A stretch of DNA of 64,000 nucleotides from a virus (lineage: Duplodnaviria > Caudoviricetes), in IMG/VR virus record IMGVR_UViG_3300047382_000771, positions 96,001-160,000 of that record, one strand, 5' to 3'. The position numbers and the translations under genes were made by a program. Position 1 is the stretch's first letter. The number at the start of each line of letters is the position of its first letter. Below the pieces are notes generated by a model. It did not search any database. It had not been told where the DNA came from and worked only from the letters and a program-made list of their open reading frames with translations. This document shows positions 56,740 to 64,000 of the stretch, piece by piece.

Positions 56740-57495
56740 TGCTCCATCATCCATGTCTTGCTCTAATTTCTTAAAATCTTCTTCAGTAGTGTTTTGGCTG
56801 AAGTACCAAAAACTAACAAAAGCCATAAGTTTTTCTTTTGCTAGATCATAAATGGGATCTCCATTCTCGTCTTTTTCATAATAAGAGTCGAGCTTATCCT
56901 CGTAATCTTCACCCTGAAATAAAGGTCTATCAACACCATCGGGACCCTTACTGAAAGTTAGATTTACAAGATACCATAAAATAGTTTTGTTCTGAGCTTT
57001 TGTGTCAGCGGTATGGTTGAATACTGCTTGGTAAGTTGTTTCAAGATCCACGATAGCTCTTCTTACTTCAGCAAACTCTTCAGTAAGGCTCGTTACGGAT
57101 TCTTCATCTTCTTTGCTTTTAGACTTTTTGCTCATTAGCTTGGAAAGATTTGTTTGGATTTCTGCTAACTCAGAATAGCTCCTAACTAACTTTTGAGAAT
57201 CTTCTTCGCTGAGTAACCCCCCAGAGTCACTGTATTTTTTAGCAAGCATAGCTTTAGTGAGAATGCCTTTTTTAATGCACTTACTCATTTCTATAGAAAA
57301 TTCCATGTCGGCATCTTCCACTTGCCTCCTGGAGGGCTGGTAAATAGTCACATCATGAGATGTTGGCTTTTTCACTTTTTTTGTTTTAGTGATTTCCTCC
57401 ATTTCCCCAGTTTCTTTATTTTTAACTTTTGAAGTAGTACTTTCCTCTACTTCGCGCTCAACAGTAACCTTAAAGCTGTATATAACTTTTTTCAT
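56734..57495 (-). CDS. hypothetical helical protein, possible tail assembly chaperone
   Basis: 253-aa charged coiled-coil ORF (IYQPSRRQVEDADMEF...) preceding the above. Confidence 0.45.
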   Translation of the reverse strand: MKKVIYSFKVTVEREVEESTTSKVKNKETGEMEEITKTKKVKKPTSHDVTIYQPSRRQVEDADMEFSIEMSKCIKKGILTKAMLAKKYSDSGGLLSEEDSQKLVRSYSELAEIQTNLSKLMSKKSKSKEDEESVTSLTEEFAEVRRAIVDLETTYQAVFNHTADTKAQNKTILWYLVNLTFSKGPDGVDRPLFQGEDYEDKLDSYYEKDENGDPIYDLAKEKLMAFVSFWYFSQNTTEEDFKKLEQDMDDGAV

Positions 57496-57519
57496 TTATT
57501 ATTCCTTATACCTTGTAAT

Positions 57520-57810
57520 TTAATTATTAAATTTAAAACTTATTGTGAAGTGCTCTATATTATTATCATAATCTCTCATAACTTCGTTTCCCATATCTAA
57601 GATTTTCTTTCTTAAATATTTGAGTTTACTCTCGTCAAAATAATCTGCCTGCTCAATGATTGGGCCTAGAGCAGTTGGCATATTTGACTTAAGTTTACCA
57701 AAATGTATCTGGTGTTCTTGATGCAGATCTTCTACTAAAACAAGATAAGACTTAAATAAGTTCTTAATATTTTTCTTGTTTTTTTCTAATAATATTTTTT
57801 CCGCTTCCAT
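57520..57810 (-). CDS. small hypothetical protein
   Basis: Start placed at ATG 57810 (MEAEKILL; AAGG upstream); the 57951 start in the ORF track overlaps the opposite-strand gene. Confidence 0.6.
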   Translation of the reverse strand: MEAEKILLEKNKKNIKNLFKSYLVLVEDLHQEHQIHFGKLKSNMPTALGPIIEQADYFDESKLKYLRKKILDMGNEVMRDYDNNIEHFTISFKFNN

Positions 57811-57869
57811 ATTGCACCTTTTTCCTTGATATATTATATTAAAAGAATTACCTGTTTTTTTCAACTCGT

Positions 57870-57875
57870 GTGTAA
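57870..57875 (+). promoter_or_regulatory. GTGTAA motif upstream of the inverted neck block
   Basis: 11 nt before ATG 57887. Confidence 0.45.
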
Positions 57876-57886
57876 TAATATTTGTT

Positions 57887-58333
57887 ATGTCATATTTATC
57901 CTCCTCACAAAAGCAACTTTTTGAAAATGCTATGCAAAAAGTGCATGACACATTTGCTCGTTCAATTTTTGTCTACAAAGAGTCTCTGAAAGTTATAGTT
58001 AGCACTGATCCAAACTTTAATTATTTATATAATAATGTAAAAGGGGTTAGTCAGACTGTCCGCAAATCTCAATTTAGTGTCATCACTGCTAGAATTCATT
58101 ACATGAATAAACAAGACGAGATAAGCTTTGACGGAGAAGCTAATTCACAATTAAACTTAACTCAAAATGTCGGAGAAGTTAGAATAAAAGTTGACACAGA
58201 AGGTTATAAATATTTTAAAGACGCACAAAGAGTAGAGATAGATGGAAGAATGTTTTTTAAAGTTTCAGATGTAAGGAAACATGGTTTATTTTCTCCTAAA
58301 TATTATACATTTTATTTACAGCCAAGTGATTAA
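57887..58333 (+). CDS. putative head-closure (stopper) protein
   Basis: 148-aa beta-rich protein (ITARIHY, VRIKVD, RVEIDGRMFFKV) with SPP1 gp16-like size and pattern. Confidence 0.5.
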   Translation: MSYLSSSQKQLFENAMQKVHDTFARSIFVYKESLKVIVSTDPNFNYLYNNVKGVSQTVRKSQFSVITARIHYMNKQDEISFDGEANSQLNLTQNVGEVRIKVDTEGYKYFKDAQRVEIDGRMFFKVSDVRKHGLFSPKYYTFYLQPSD

Positions 58334-58970
58334 TCCAAGAATAACACTGCGCGTAGATTCTGCGGGCCTTAGAAAAGATATACTATCTAGCTTACCTAGG
58401 ATGAATAACCACAAGGTGTTAGAGAGAAATCTAAGAGACTCTTCGGGGCAATTAATTTACAAAAAAATATTAAGATATAAAAACGAAATGATTAAAGAGT
58501 TCCTGCAGCATCCTGTTACAAAAGAGATTCTTGCTGGAGCTTCCTCTGGGAATCAGAGTGGTACATTAAGCGGCTATGGAAACCTTTTTACTTTTATTGG
58601 TTTCAATAAAGGGGACAACCCGATACAGCCAATTATACAATTATTAAATCAAACTAATTACCATTTTACTAAATTCGACAACAAGGGAAGCTTTACTGTC
58701 AATATAGAAATACCTAGTGCCGACCAAATATTTAGAGCGACACCCTTGCCTTGGGCCCCTGGAATGAGCTGGGCACAAAGAATAGAAGTAGGCATGCCTG
58801 GATTTGGTCGATACATGAATAAAACTAGTGATACAAGTCGGTCTGGCTTAGGTATACAAACAAAAAACCCTATTAGAGGTGGTGGATTTAAAAACACAAG
58901 ATATATATCTGATTTAATAAACAGGTGGACGAAGAAATTTAAAACAATAGGAAGTGTAACTACGCTATAA
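58326..58970 (+). CDS. putative tail completion protein (HK97 gp10-like position)
   Basis: Basic protein between the closure and terminator candidates; GTG start at 58326 overlaps the upstream stop. Confidence 0.4.
   Translation: MINPRITLRVDSAGLRKDILSSLPRMNNHKVLERNLRDSSGQLIYKKILRYKNEMIKEFLQHPVTKEILAGASSGNQSGTLSGYGNLFTFIGFNKGDNPIQPIIQLLNQTNYHFTKFDNKGSFTVNIEIPSADQIFRATPLPWAPGMSWAQRIEVGMPGFGRYMNKTSDTSRSGLGIQTKNPIRGGGFKNTRYISDLINRWTKKFKTIGSVTTL
58954..58959 (+). promoter_or_regulatory. GTGTAA motif upstream of 58970-59875
   Basis: 10 nt before ATG 58970, inside the upstream CDS. Confidence 0.35.
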
Positions 58971-59875
58971 TGAAACCTCAATTCCAACACGAAGCAACCA
59001 CAAGCTTTTCCTTATGGCTGGACAATTATTTTGTCAAAAAAGGTGAAGCTTTTTCCAACAAAACTGGAGAGCTATTCTATAAAGAAGATTTTAGAATACC
59101 TAGTTACCCTGACGATCCAGCAGGCTACATAACTTATTCAAGTGAATACAAGCAATGGGTATATAATGCAGACATGACAGACGCAGCTATTCCCGATGGA
59201 GTTTATGTCGATAGTGGTGATGGATATAAGTTTGTTAATAGAGGTGAAAATGGATTAGTTATAGATTTTGACAATGGCAGAGTTTTATTAAGTGGTGCAT
59301 ACTATGCAGGGGTTCATGATCAATTAAAGATAGAAGCAGATTTTGCGGTTAAAGATTATAATGTATATTTAGCTAGCGAAACAGAGGAAACACTCATATT
59401 AGAAAATAAATACAATACAAATAGTAGAACTATACCAGACTATGGAAAAGGCACAGGCATACCTCCTTACGAGCCAGTTGCCCCAGCCGCTTTCATTTCC
59501 ATGGAGAGTACGAACAATACTCCTTTTGCTTTGGGAGGAGAGGACTTAACAACACTTTACTTCAGGGTAGTTTTATTTGCTGAAAATTTATATCAACTTG
59601 ATGGAGCAATGTCCCTGTGCGCAGATGCATATAATCTAGGTGTCTGCAATATAGGTTACGATGATTACCCCTTAACAGAATATGGGGATGTTAAGGATGG
59701 TAATTTTTCTTACTCAGATACAGTTAAGAATTCTACAAAAGTTCCAAAAATAATGTTTATTGAAAATGTAAATTCTTCAAAGATAAGTGATAGGGTTACG
59801 AATAAATCAAACCCTGGACTGCACCTAGGCTATGTAGATTTTACTGTTGCTCAGTCTAGGTTCCCTAGGCATTAA
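58970..59875 (+). CDS. putative tail terminator protein
   Basis: PAAFISMEST..PFALGGED.TTLYFRVVLFAEN.YQLD pattern; third gene of the neck trio. Confidence 0.45.
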   Translation: MKPQFQHEATTSFSLWLDNYFVKKGEAFSNKTGELFYKEDFRIPSYPDDPAGYITYSSEYKQWVYNADMTDAAIPDGVYVDSGDGYKFVNRGENGLVIDFDNGRVLLSGAYYAGVHDQLKIEADFAVKDYNVYLASETEETLILENKYNTNSRTIPDYGKGTGIPPYEPVAPAAFISMESTNNTPFALGGEDLTTLYFRVVLFAENLYQLDGAMSLCADAYNLGVCNIGYDDYPLTEYGDVKDGNFSYSDTVKNSTKVPKIMFIENVNSSKISDRVTNKSNPGLHLGYVDFTVAQSRFPRH

Positions 59876-61509
59876 GGAGCGGACCAAGCTGTATAGTTAT
59901 CGTAATAAGAATCTAATTCGTATACAGTTCCATTAGATATTGCTGCTGCGTTTCTAACATCTACATTTTCTATAACCGCTGGACTATAAAAAGTGGCACC
60001 TGGCCACCTATTAGTTTCCTGGCTTCCGTCCTCTTTTCTTAAAGTTGTATTTGTAGCTATTGTGCAAAAACCTTCAGCATATATTGAAAAATCAACACCC
60101 AATGTTACACCAAGAGCTCTAGTGACCAAAGCGTTCTGTTGAAATGTTGAGTTTCTTTTTAAAGCTACGAAATTACTTATATTATTAACATTAGACGAAA
60201 AACAAATTCTTGATGGTAGCTCTGTATCAGGATCGTATAAACCACCTTGGTATTCTATGGTTAAAATTTTAGCAGAGTCTTCGGCTAAAAACAGATTACC
60301 CGCATAACTTAAATCATCCAGGTCTAATTCTAAACCCGATACAAAGCCACCTTTATTTGCAGGATCTCTAAGGTCGTCTGTAGGTGACCCGTCGTATATG
60401 TTTTGTATGTGTAGTCTACTACCATCTCTGACATCGAAAATTTGAGCCATGCCATGCCTGTTTCCATCACTAGCATTGTAATCTCTAATAGACCACTTGC
60501 ATTGGGCAAAATAACCATCTGTTCCCTTGGTTTGCCTGTAAGCCGCAAAGACACCAAAAGTGTATGTTTCCAATACAAAATGTATACCTCTCCAATATGT
60601 ATTGGTTGTAATCCAAAAAGGTAAAGTTGTAAATTGGTATAAATCTACTCCCGCTGGCAAAGTAGACATAACTGCACCAGTTTTGCCTTGATAGACTCCT
60701 GCTTTTTGCTGGGGCACGCGATCCCACTCTGCAGATAACGCTGGATCAGATGCTAAAGTATACCCAACACCTAGTCTTAATTTAATAACTTTTAATGAAG
60801 ACGCATTGTAATCAGAGCCATAAACATTTATTCTGTTTATAGGTAAATTCAAACTATAACCATTACCGTAAATAAATCCTTCATCCGTATCAGTTTCAAT
60901 AAAAATATTTACTGTAATAGCGGTAGACACAATCTCGTCATTTATATATTGGTATGCACCCCTTAAATTAAGAAATCTCTGAGATACAGCCCCATCAGAA
61001 CCAACCGTAAAACCTGACTTATTGTTCAGGTAGTCTGACCCTGTGTTGTTTACATATAAAGTTAATGTCTTAGATGACGCACTCTTTGCGAACGACAATT
61101 TCTTCTTTTTGTACTTTACGAGAGGGTTTAAGGTGCCTGGAGGGCTCTCGCAAAGAATTTCTGTATACGATGCATCATAACAGGTGCTAACGACCTCTAG
61201 GCCACTCCCTGGGTCTACAAGACTATCTAGGTTAGCGGATGTAATTGGTGTTGCGTCTACAATTACTTCTTGGCCATTAATAATTTCAACTTCTGAAGCG
61301 GTACTGTTGCCTAGTGGGTTGTTAGGGTCAGCTTGCTCGTTGGCTTTTTCTTTATTATATTCACCAACGAGGTCGCTAACCTTTATCCTGAAGGTTTCTT
61401 CAACGGCGGAACCGTCAGGATTAGATGCAGCTATAAAGTAATCACTTGTCTTTACAGAAGCGTCTTGTTGAAACTCCCTAAGTTCTCTGATTAATTTATA
61501 ACTACTCAT
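59872..61509 (-). CDS. fibre/appendage-like virion protein
   Basis: N-terminal KLIRELREF...DYFIA motif; LYVNNTGSD...F.NL.GAYQYI and beta-helix-like C-terminal region. Confidence 0.5.
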   Translation of the reverse strand: MSSYKLIRELREFQQDASVKTSDYFIAASNPDGSAVEETFRIKVSDLVGEYNKEKANEQADPNNPLGNSTASEVEIINGQEVIVDATPITSANLDSLVDPGSGLEVVSTCYDASYTEILCESPPGTLNPLVKYKKKKLSFAKSASSKTLTLYVNNTGSDYLNNKSGFTVGSDGAVSQRFLNLRGAYQYINDEIVSTAITVNIFIETDTDEGFIYGNGYSLNLPINRINVYGSDYNASSLKVIKLRLGVGYTLASDPALSAEWDRVPQQKAGVYQGKTGAVMSTLPAGVDLYQFTTLPFWITTNTYWRGIHFVLETYTFGVFAAYRQTKGTDGYFAQCKWSIRDYNASDGNRHGMAQIFDVRDGSRLHIQNIYDGSPTDDLRDPANKGGFVSGLELDLDDLSYAGNLFLAEDSAKILTIEYQGGLYDPDTELPSRICFSSNVNNISNFVALKRNSTFQQNALVTRALGVTLGVDFSIYAEGFCTIATNTTLRKEDGSQETNRWPGATFYSPAVIENVDVRNAAAISNGTVYELDSYYDNYTAWSAP

Positions 61510-61513
61510 CTAA

Positions 61514-61879
61514 TTAACCATTCATAATCTCTATGAATTTTTTTGCAGCATCACTACTGGGAGAAAGAATTGATTCACTCTTTCTCGGCATAGGGGTTCT
61601 CCCGTTAGCTGCTACGAACTGTTTGAAAGCTTTCTTTATTTTATTTTTAAGAGAGAGCTTTGTCCCAGAAGGGAAGATACTGGCGGTTACAGCCATTGCT
61701 TGTAATTCAGATAAACTAGAGGATTCTAATTTCTTATCAAGTTCATCAGCACTAGATGTGCCGAAATGATTTTTTTCCTTAAAACCCAAAAGATCGTTGA
61801 TATCTGGTTGCTTAGTATCTTTTGCTTTTCCGTCTGAGAATTCTATTTGATTCTTTGTTTGTTTCCTTTTCCTTGGCAT
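61514..61879 (-). CDS. small basic hypothetical protein
   Basis: 121-aa ORF with strong AGGAGG Shine-Dalgarno directly after the capsid terminator. Confidence 0.65.
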   Translation of the reverse strand: MPRKRKQTKNQIEFSDGKAKDTKQPDINDLLGFKEKNHFGTSSADELDKKLESSSLSELQAMAVTASIFPSGTKLSLKNKIKKAFKQFVAANGRTPMPRKSESILSPSSDAAKKFIEIMNG

Positions 61880-61910
61880 AATAACCTCCTTTTTCTAGAT
61901 TTGAAAGAAT

Positions 61911-61916
61911 ATACAC
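61911..61916 (-). promoter_or_regulatory. GTGTAT motif upstream of 61514-61879
   Basis: atacac on +, 31 nt before ATG 61879, just downstream of the capsid terminator. Confidence 0.45.
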
Positions 61917-61938
61917 TATTATAGTAATATTCAGAAAC

Positions 61939-61966
61939 AAAAAATCCACCCGAAGGTGGACTTTTT
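61939..61966 (-). terminator. rho-independent terminator after the major capsid gene
   Basis: Minus strand TCCACC-TTCG-GGTGGA-TTTTTT (stem 61945-61960, C(UUCG)G tetraloop); T-run on the + side too, so possibly bidirectional. Confidence 0.88.
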
Positions 61967-61990
61967 GAAGAGTCGCTTTGTATCTTAGTA

Positions 61991-63094
61991 TTACAGATCA
62001 AGGACGATTCCAGTCAAGACCCTATTATCAAGGATCATACGACCTTCTTCCATAGAACCGTAGTAACCGATCTTGGACTGACGAACACTGTATTGGTCGT
62101 CTGCAAGCAAGGACATTTCTGAACCAGACTCAGCGTCAAGAGCAATAGCACGGAATAAAGATTCACGGCTACGATCAAGACCAAGTACCAATTCATCAGA
62201 AGATCCGAATGAGAAACCATGGTTAGTGTTGATCTTTCCACCTGCTGTTTCAAGAGCTGCAAAAGCTGAGTTCAACTTTTGGCCAGCGCCGAGCTCATTG
62301 ATTTCCATGATAGAAATACCATAGAATTCAGGAACTCCTGCGTTGTTGTAGATAGCGTTACGCATATCATCTGTAGCAGCGATGTCAGTGTTAGAACCAG
62401 AATGGACAGGCTGATAGGCAAGGGCACGAAGACCTTCTACCATTTCAGGACTCATAATGAGGTCAGTCACACCTTTGATGCGGCCACCCTCAGGAGAAGA
62501 ACCAGTCCAAGCTGTGTTGATTCTTTTGGCTTTAGTAAGTAACTTATTGAAATCGTCAAGATTCAATGATTTACCAGCAGCTTTAACAAGATGGTCATCA
62601 CCATTTGTTGCGGCATCGTAAAGAGCTCCAAGGATCAAAGAAGAGGAAGTACTTTCCATCTTCAAGAGAACTTCTTGAGCGATACGTGTAAATGTTTTTC
62701 CGACTACATCCATGCGGGATTTAGCAGCATAACGCTTATCAAAGTCAACAGAACTGTCGAGGCGATAAGTGTTAAACTTCATTTCAGAAACAGTAGGAGT
62801 AACAGTATTGGTTGGTAAACCACCAGGTACTGTAGTACTGTAAACTGTTACGTAGTCAGGAGCTGAAACATCATAGTAAAGGTCAAGCGGAATACTTGGG
62901 CTATCCATTTCGTTGAACTGGAAGCTAGTAAACAAGTTACTAAGAACTGGTGCTTGATTAATGACTTTGACGAGAACTGGTCCGATGAATTCTGCTAATG
63001 CCATTTGTGCTTCGTATGCAACATCTCTGTTGCGGGATGCCATAGCTTTAACAAGTTCGACTTGTTCTTCTGTGCGCTTAAGTGTAATTTTCAT
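61991..63094 (-). CDS. major capsid protein (HK97-fold candidate)
   Basis: 367 aa after the scaffold and decoration genes, followed by a terminator; P-domain-like VTDLIMSPE, FYGISIMEI, GYYGSMEEGRMILD. Confidence 0.8.
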   Translation of the reverse strand: MKITLKRTEEQVELVKAMASRNRDVAYEAQMALAEFIGPVLVKVINQAPVLSNLFTSFQFNEMDSPSIPLDLYYDVSAPDYVTVYSTTVPGGLPTNTVTPTVSEMKFNTYRLDSSVDFDKRYAAKSRMDVVGKTFTRIAQEVLLKMESTSSSLILGALYDAATNGDDHLVKAAGKSLNLDDFNKLLTKAKRINTAWTGSSPEGGRIKGVTDLIMSPEMVEGLRALAYQPVHSGSNTDIAATDDMRNAIYNNAGVPEFYGISIMEINELGAGQKLNSAFAALETAGGKINTNHGFSFGSSDELVLGLDRSRESLFRAIALDAESGSEMSLLADDQYSVRQSKIGYYGSMEEGRMILDNRVLTGIVLDL

Positions 63095-63121
63095 TGTAAT
63101 ATATTATGTCCTCTCTACGAA

Positions 63122-63787
63122 TTAAAGTTCCAACTTGATAACATAATAAGAACCATTACCAGTGGAGGGAGCTCCAGCGAAGTAATCGTCTTTACCATAC
63201 GCTTCACGATCACCAACAGCAAGACACTTGCCGATACGGTTGGTACCTGTTCCGTCGAGTTGTCCGTTAGCTCCAGCGAATACATCAGCGCCTGCTGCAG
63301 GAGCTGTTGCTGGATCTACGAATGCGGAAGCGGCCAATGTGACAAGTCCTCGTGTAAGAACGGGAACAACTTCACCTGGAAGTACAGCTTGCATTTCAAG
63401 TGCTTTTTGACGATAGTAGAGAAGTTTTTCTCCATTTTCATCGTGGGTTAAAGTCTGATTAAGAGTTACCCCCAAAATATTAGCTTCGTCTCCTGCAGGC
63501 TCAATTGTGAGTTGAGCGAAGGGATATGCGTTGCCTCCAATGTGGGGGTAGTCTGTTTTGCCGAGATAGCTGTTGTCAACATACTTGACTGGTTCCCATG
63601 GCTGGCCATTGGATCCTGTCAAGGAAGCATTCTTAACTTTAACTAAAACTCCGTTATCGTTTACGCCGTTAGCTCCGTTAAGAACTTGGTCAGCGCTGAT
63701 TGCGTCTGTAATAGTTTTGTCAAGTGCATAGAGGTTGACAACATCATGCTCGTTGTATTGCCTGAACGGTAATAATCTTAGTGCCAT
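63122..63787 (-). CDS. capsid decoration/cement protein candidate
   Basis: 221 aa, immediately upstream of the capsid gene; VLPGEVVPVLTRGLVTL...GADVFAGANGQL...RIGKCL beta-tulip-like pattern. Confidence 0.55.
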   Translation of the reverse strand: MALRLLPFRQYNEHDVVNLYALDKTITDAISADQVLNGANGVNDNGVLVKVKNASLTGSNGQPWEPVKYVDNSYLGKTDYPHIGGNAYPFAQLTIEPAGDEANILGVTLNQTLTHDENGEKLLYYRQKALEMQAVLPGEVVPVLTRGLVTLAASAFVDPATAPAAGADVFAGANGQLDGTGTNRIGKCLAVGDREAYGKDDYFAGAPSTGNGSYYVIKLEL

Positions 63788-63803
63788 TTTTGTTTCCTCG
63801 TGT

Positions 63804-64000
63804 TTAGTATTGAATTGTTATGCTATCTTCTGAGAAAGCTTGTAGAAATTTTTCTCGAAGCGATTTTTCTTCTTCAGTGCTGGAACCGTTGTTGTTAGCT
63901 AATGCTTCGTCTTCGACTTCTGCATTCTCAATCGCTTCTTCAACGATTTCTTCTTCGGAAGGTGTTTTTTCGGATGCTTCGCTTTGCAAAGATGCCAAGC
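63804..64000 (-). CDS. C-terminus of scaffold/prohead protease protein (partial, runs off window)
   Basis: Acidic tail EEEIVEEAIENAEVE...SLREKFLQAF upstream of the decoration and capsid genes; the TTG at 63998 is an edge artefact. Confidence 0.55.
   Translation of the reverse strand, partial: LASLQSEASEKTPSEEEIVEEAIENAEVEDEALANNNGSSTEEEKSLREKFLQAFSEDSITIQY

Noticed and set aside
56726-56830. Lambda G/GT-type -1 frameshift joining the two chaperone-like genes
   Set aside because: The downstream gene is in the -1 frame, but that frame has stops (TAG, TGA, TAA, TGA) until the last few codons and there is no slippery heptamer in the open part
57836-57864. Sigma70-like promoter TTGAAA-17-TAATAT on the minus strand
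   Set aside because: A plausible but weak match in very AT-rich sequence; not distinguishable from chance by eye
57811-57951. Upstream extension of the 57520 gene (MSCTFC...) and of the 58281 start given in the ORF track
   Set aside because: Both extensions overlap neighbouring genes; starts at 57810 and 58326 fit better
1-64000. Alternative genetic code (stop-codon reassignment)
   Set aside because: The standard code gives near-complete coding density; TAG (6809-6811) and TGA (4856-4858, 47310-47312) end sensible genes, and the split cadherin stop is TAA

Overview
This window is a segment of a large tailed dsDNA phage genome with a lambda-like, non-contractile (siphovirus-type) tail. No sheath, tRNA, rRNA, CRISPR array, integrase or transposase was recognised, and the host cannot be determined. 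Bases 38-6811 (+) form an operon encoding SSB, a Whirly-like protein, a Rad52-like annealase and three glycosyltransferase genes. Bases 6808-64000 are the virion module, read right to left on the minus strand. It runs scaffold (partial), decoration protein, major capsid protein, a terminator, fibre-like proteins, a three-gene neck/tail-completion block inverted onto the + strand, probable chaperones, an adaptor, three tail-tube paralogues, three adhesin-like paralogues, a 4218-aa tape measure protein (TMP), two further tube-like proteins, a tandem gpM-like protein, vWA/cadherin/PA14 proteins, gpL, gpK and a gpI-gpJ fusion. The most striking feature is inside the TMP. Eight copies of the peptide motif G-[YFLI]-V-P-N-[FY] delimit seven unrelated modules. 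One module has the complete R / S-T-S / E-x-E ADP-ribosyltransferase signature and another has an E...D-x9-E-x-K nuclease signature. This suggests a polyprotein cassette of effectors injected with the TMP. Other notable observations are a cadherin domain and a GT9 enzyme each split across two genes, a 12-bp hairpin enclosing the Shine-Dalgarno and start codon of a tube paralogue, and a GTGTAW motif just upstream of eight structural genes. All family assignments come from motif recognition by eye; no database search was run.
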